Assembly (NCBI GenBank): GCA_045863855.1
Contig: BTVV01000071.1
Span: forward strand, 1 to 30,596
Direction: 5' to 3'
Length of the DNA: 30,596 nt
Source of the DNA: Planctomycetota bacterium
Lineage (GTDB): Bacteria; Planctomycetota; SZUA-567; H5-PLA8
The notes under the pieces are model-generated. The model was given only the letters and a program-made list of their open reading frames with translations, was not told the DNA's origin and did no database searches. The first letter of the stretch is position 1. Each line of letters starts with the position of its first letter. Positions 27,108-30,596 of this stretch are shown one piece after another. Position numbers and translations under genes: made by a program.

Positions 27108-28655
27108 ATGCCGCATGCCGCCCGCTCCTGCCCGCCTGCTTCGCATCGAAAACCGTCCCGACCGCCCGAGCCATCCGCCACGCGCCGCACGTTCTTGAAG
27201 CTGGGCGCGGCGGCGGCGGCGTTCGTGGCGCTGAGTTCGCGTTTTCACCGATCGGCATGGGCCGGCGCGCCGGTGGGCAAGCGCGTGGCGCCGGCGGACC
27301 CGGTCTACCACCTGCTGAACCGGATCAGCTACGGCGTGACGCCGGCGGAGTTGGCGCTGGCGCAGAAGATGGGCTTGAACGCGTACCTGGAGCAGCAGTT
27401 AAATCCGGGAAGTATCCGCGAGACGGCGCTGAAGGGACGGATCAACAAGCTCAAGGTTTGGAATCTGAGTTACGCGCAACTGTACCAGCGCGGGGACTGG
27501 GAGTCGAGCTACCGGGGGTTGATCGAGGGCGCGGTGGCTCGGGCGGTGTACGCGAAGGCGCAGCTTTACGAGCGCGTCTGCGAGTTCTGGACCGATCACT
27601 TCAACGTCTCGGGCGACGACTTTCCGGCGGACACGGTGGATTACGTGAACGCGCTGCGGCGGCATGCGTTCGGGCGCTTCCGCGACCTGCTGGGCGCGAG
27701 CGCGAAGCATCCGGCGATGCTTTTTTACCTCGATAACGCGAGCAATATCGCGGCGCATCCGAACGAGAATTACGCGCGGGAGCTGATGGAGCTGCACACA
27801 CTGGGCGTGGACGGCGGCTACACGGAGCAGGACGTGAAGGAAGTGGCGCGCGCGTTCACGGGCTGGTCGGTGGACTGGGGCCGCGGCTTCGGGTTCTACG
27901 AGTGGGATCACGATTTCGGCGCGAAGCAGATCCTGGGCGCGGCGTTCCCGGCGGGGCGGGGGATCGAGGAAGGCGAGCAGGTGCTGGACCTGCTGGCGAA
28001 CCATCCGAGCACGCGGCGGTTCGTCTGCCGCAAGCTGTGCCGTCGCTTCGTGAGCGACGCTCCGCCGGAAAGCCTGGTGACGCGGATGTCGGACGTGTGG
28101 GCGGCGACGGGCGGGCAGATCGTGCCGGTGCTGCGCGAGCTGTTTCTTTCGGCGGAGTTCGGGGCCTCGGCGGGCCAGAAGCTGCGGCGTCCGTTCGACT
28201 GGTACGCGGCGGCGCTGCGCACGACCGGCGCGGAGGTGAAGGAGTTCTGGTGGCAGCATTACATGCTGGCGCAACTCGCGCAGGTGCCGCACGGCTGGCA
28301 TCCGCCGAACGGGTATCCGGACGTGGCGCGCGCGTGGGCGAATACCGGCGGCTTGCTGGCGCGCTGGAACGAGGCGTTCGTGCTCACCGACGGCGCGCTG
28401 ACGTGGCGCGACCGGAACCTGATCTCGGGGCTGAAGAAGAAGGCCGGCCGCTTCAAGACGGCGGGGCAGATGGTCGAGCGGCTGGGGCAGGCGATCTTCG
28501 GTTCGACGCTGTCGCCCGAGCAGGCGGCGCCGTACGTCGCGTTCGCCAGCGACGGGGTGGGGGCGGAGGCGCTGTTGGATAAAGACGCCGTCGCATCGAA
28601 GCTGGGCACGACGGCGGGCTTGATGCTCTGTTCGCCGCTGTTCATGTGGCGCTGA
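27108..28655 (+). CDS. DUF1800-family protein with Tat signal
   Basis: GAGGA SD, twin-arginine TRRTFLK, 'HLLNRISYG', 'QLYER..EFW.DHFNV', 'HPAML.YLDN', 'PNENYARELMELHTLG', 'YTEQDV.E.AR.FTGW' and 'PP.GYPD'. Confidence 0.93.
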   Translation: MPHAARSCPPASHRKPSRPPEPSATRRTFLKLGAAAAAFVALSSRFHRSAWAGAPVGKRVAPADPVYHLLNRISYGVTPAELALAQKMGLNAYLEQQLNPGSIRETALKGRINKLKVWNLSYAQLYQRGDWESSYRGLIEGAVARAVYAKAQLYERVCEFWTDHFNVSGDDFPADTVDYVNALRRHAFGRFRDLLGASAKHPAMLFYLDNASNIAAHPNENYARELMELHTLGVDGGYTEQDVKEVARAFTGWSVDWGRGFGFYEWDHDFGAKQILGAAFPAGRGIEEGEQVLDLLANHPSTRRFVCRKLCRRFVSDAPPESLVTRMSDVWAATGGQIVPVLRELFLSAEFGASAGQKLRRPFDWYAAALRTTGAEVKEFWWQHYMLAQLAQVPHGWHPPNGYPDVARAWANTGGLLARWNEAFVLTDGALTWRDRNLISGLKKKAGRFKTAGQMVERLGQAIFGSTLSPEQAAPYVAFASDGVGAEALLDKDAVASKLGTTAGLMLCSPLFMWR

Positions 28656-28699
28656 CGATTGGGATCGTACTTCGCGTACCTCGCACCGGGAGTCCCACG

Positions 28700-29968
28700 A
28701 TGAATGACACGTTGTCGCGCCGCGAGCTGTTCACGCGCTGGTTCAAGAGCGGGAGTTTGACGCCGGAGGCGCTGCCGAAGCACGCGCCGCGGGTGGCGTT
28801 CGCGCCGCGCGGGGCGTTCCCGCTGGGGGATGTGGTGGTCTGCGTCTTCCTGCGCGGGGGGATGGACGGGCTGAGCGTCGTCGCGCCGTACGGCGAAGGC
28901 GCGCACTATTACGACGCTCGCCCGACCCTGGGCCTGCGCGAGCCGGGGGCGCCGGCCAACGCGCTGCTGGATCTGAACGGGTTCTTCGGCCTGCATCCGT
29001 CGCTCGCGCCGCTGTTGCCGCTGTACCAAGGCGGGCGGCTCTCGTTCGTGCACGCGACGGGCGGGACCGATCCGACGCGCAGCCACTTCGACGCGATGCG
29101 CTTCATGGAAGCGGGCGCTCCGGGCGACCGGAGCATCGGGACGGGCTGGCTGGGCCGGCACCTGGAACTGCTGAACGCGGGGAACGATTCGCCGTTCCGT
29201 GCGCTGGGGATCGGCGATCTGCTGCCGGAGTCGCTGCGCGGTTCGGTTCCGGCGCTGGCGATCGGCGATCTGGAATCGTTCCGCCTGCAAGCGCGCTGGG
29301 ACGAACAGGACGCGATCGAGCAGCAGATTCGCGCGCAGTACCGCGTGGACAGCCCGTCGGGGTTTCTCGAACAGGCCGCGCGTTCGGTCTTCGACGTGGT
29401 GGACATCATTCAGGGCCTGGATCCGGGGAACTACGCGCCTTCGGGCGGGGCGGTGTACCCGGAGAATCAGGCGGGCTGGGGTTTGCGGCAGGTGGCGCAA
29501 CTGATCAAGGCCGACTTGGGCCTGGAGGCGGCGTGCGTCGATTTCGGCGGCTGGGACACGCACGAAGGCGAGGGCGTGATCGGCGGCTGGTTCGACGGGA
29601 TGATCGCGGGGCTGGGCCAGGCGCTGGCGGCGTTTCACGCCGATCTGGGCAACGCGATGGACCGGGTGACGGTGGTGACGATGAGCGAGTTCGGGCGGCG
29701 CGTGGAAGAGAACGGGAGCGCCGGGACGGATCACGGGCACGGCAACGTGATGATGCTGATGGGCGGCGGCTTGAACGGGGGGCAGGTTTTCGCCGACTGG
29801 CCGGGGCTGGCGCCGAACGAACTGGACGACGGCGACCTGGCGATCACCACCGACTACCGCGACGTGCTGGCGGAATTGATCGAGCGGCGGCTTGCGAACC
29901 CGCAGGCGGCGCAGGTGTTCCCGAACTTCACGCCGCAGGCGTTGAATTTGTTCGTGCCGCAGGCGTAG
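28700..29968 (+). CDS. DUF1501-family protein
   Basis: SRRELF at the N-terminus, 'VFLRGGMDGL', 'FGLHP', 'TRSHFDA', 'GWLGR', 'GGWDTH', 'MSEFGRR..ENG..GTDHGHG' and 'TTDYRDV'. Confidence 0.93.
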   Translation: MNDTLSRRELFTRWFKSGSLTPEALPKHAPRVAFAPRGAFPLGDVVVCVFLRGGMDGLSVVAPYGEGAHYYDARPTLGLREPGAPANALLDLNGFFGLHPSLAPLLPLYQGGRLSFVHATGGTDPTRSHFDAMRFMEAGAPGDRSIGTGWLGRHLELLNAGNDSPFRALGIGDLLPESLRGSVPALAIGDLESFRLQARWDEQDAIEQQIRAQYRVDSPSGFLEQAARSVFDVVDIIQGLDPGNYAPSGGAVYPENQAGWGLRQVAQLIKADLGLEAACVDFGGWDTHEGEGVIGGWFDGMIAGLGQALAAFHADLGNAMDRVTVVTMSEFGRRVEENGSAGTDHGHGNVMMLMGGGLNGGQVFADWPGLAPNELDDGDLAITTDYRDVLAELIERRLANPQAAQVFPNFTPQALNLFVPQA

Positions 29969-30183
29969 GAATGCGAAATTCAAAAAGTAGTTCTGATTTT
30001 TCGTGACGAGCGGTGCAAGGAGCATCCCTGCCTAACCGCCGAGGTGGTATGGGCCGGATATTCCTGGCTAAGCTGAATTGAATGCCATTGATTTCGGGTG
30101 GTGAAATACGCTATGTTGCGGCGGTGCGAATGGCGCAGGGAAGTCGGCGGAAAAGTATAAGTTGGGCGGCAGGACGTCTCGCT

Positions 30184-30596
30184 GTGCACTATTGGAATAA
30201 AGCCAATTTCGAAGGTCTATTGCAGTTGGCGGAGTCGCTTAACTCCGACGAACGCTTGTCGTCGCTCGCCGAGTATTGCCGCTGTCGTGAACGTGGCCTG
30301 CGACAAGAGGCCTTCGCCGCTCTTGAGGAGTTTCTCGGAACTGCCGGCCAATGGCAGAGTTCTGACGCTCGGCACATCTGTCAGACCGTTCTCGAGTTAC
30401 ATGCTCGCACACCCGCCGCTCACCAGTTTCTGACTCATCCACTCCGCACCCGCTTTGTCTTACCAGTTCTGGAGGGGTGGGTAGCAGAGGAGCCCGACTG
30501 TCAGACTGCGCTGCGGTGGCTTGGCATCCTGCGCCGCGACTTAGCATCCCTGCAACGAGCGCTCGCGCTTTCTCCCGAGGACGTACCCGTCAGACG
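30184..30596 (+). CDS. Hypothetical helical protein, 3'-truncated by the window edge (absent from the supplied ORF track)
   Basis: GTG at 30184 after AGGA. The frame stays open to the window end: MHYWNKANFEGLLQLAESL...AEYCRCRERGLRQEAFAALEEF...FLTHPL...VLPVLEGW...ALRWLG. Lower GC than the core genes. Confidence 0.75.
   Translation, partial: MHYWNKANFEGLLQLAESLNSDERLSSLAEYCRCRERGLRQEAFAALEEFLGTAGQWQSSDARHICQTVLELHARTPAAHQFLTHPLRTRFVLPVLEGWVAEEPDCQTALRWLGILRRDLASLQRALALSPEDVPVR

Overview
High-GC bacterial chromosomal segment. It is probably from a member of the Planctomycetota, inferred from two small proteins with N-terminal 'RF(Q)xSLxxLL' motifs, DNRLRE proteins, a DUF1800/DUF1501 pair and a GntR-solute-binding fusion. 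Housekeeping genes include a class IV aminotransferase (partial), folE, mqnE, mutM, a mannose-6-P isomerase, pgi, murA and a TIGR03960-type radical SAM. Between them lie two regulator-plus-secreted-protein modules. Module 1 (9375-14622, minus) has a GntR/solute-binding fusion regulator and a ~1215 aa secreted PL26/YetA-like protein; both are preceded by the same palindrome TGCATGTATGCAG. Module 2 (18639-23764, plus) has a GntR/LacI-type regulator, a secreted DNRLRE + thioredoxin protein and a secreted CBM9-like/Fn3 protein. The last reading frame is interrupted by a single in-frame TGA (23291-23293) followed by a GC-rich hairpin, making it a candidate undescribed exported selenoprotein; this is the top finding. 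No rRNA, tRNA, CRISPR array or transposase was recognised. All family assignments are by eye from motifs; no searches were run.
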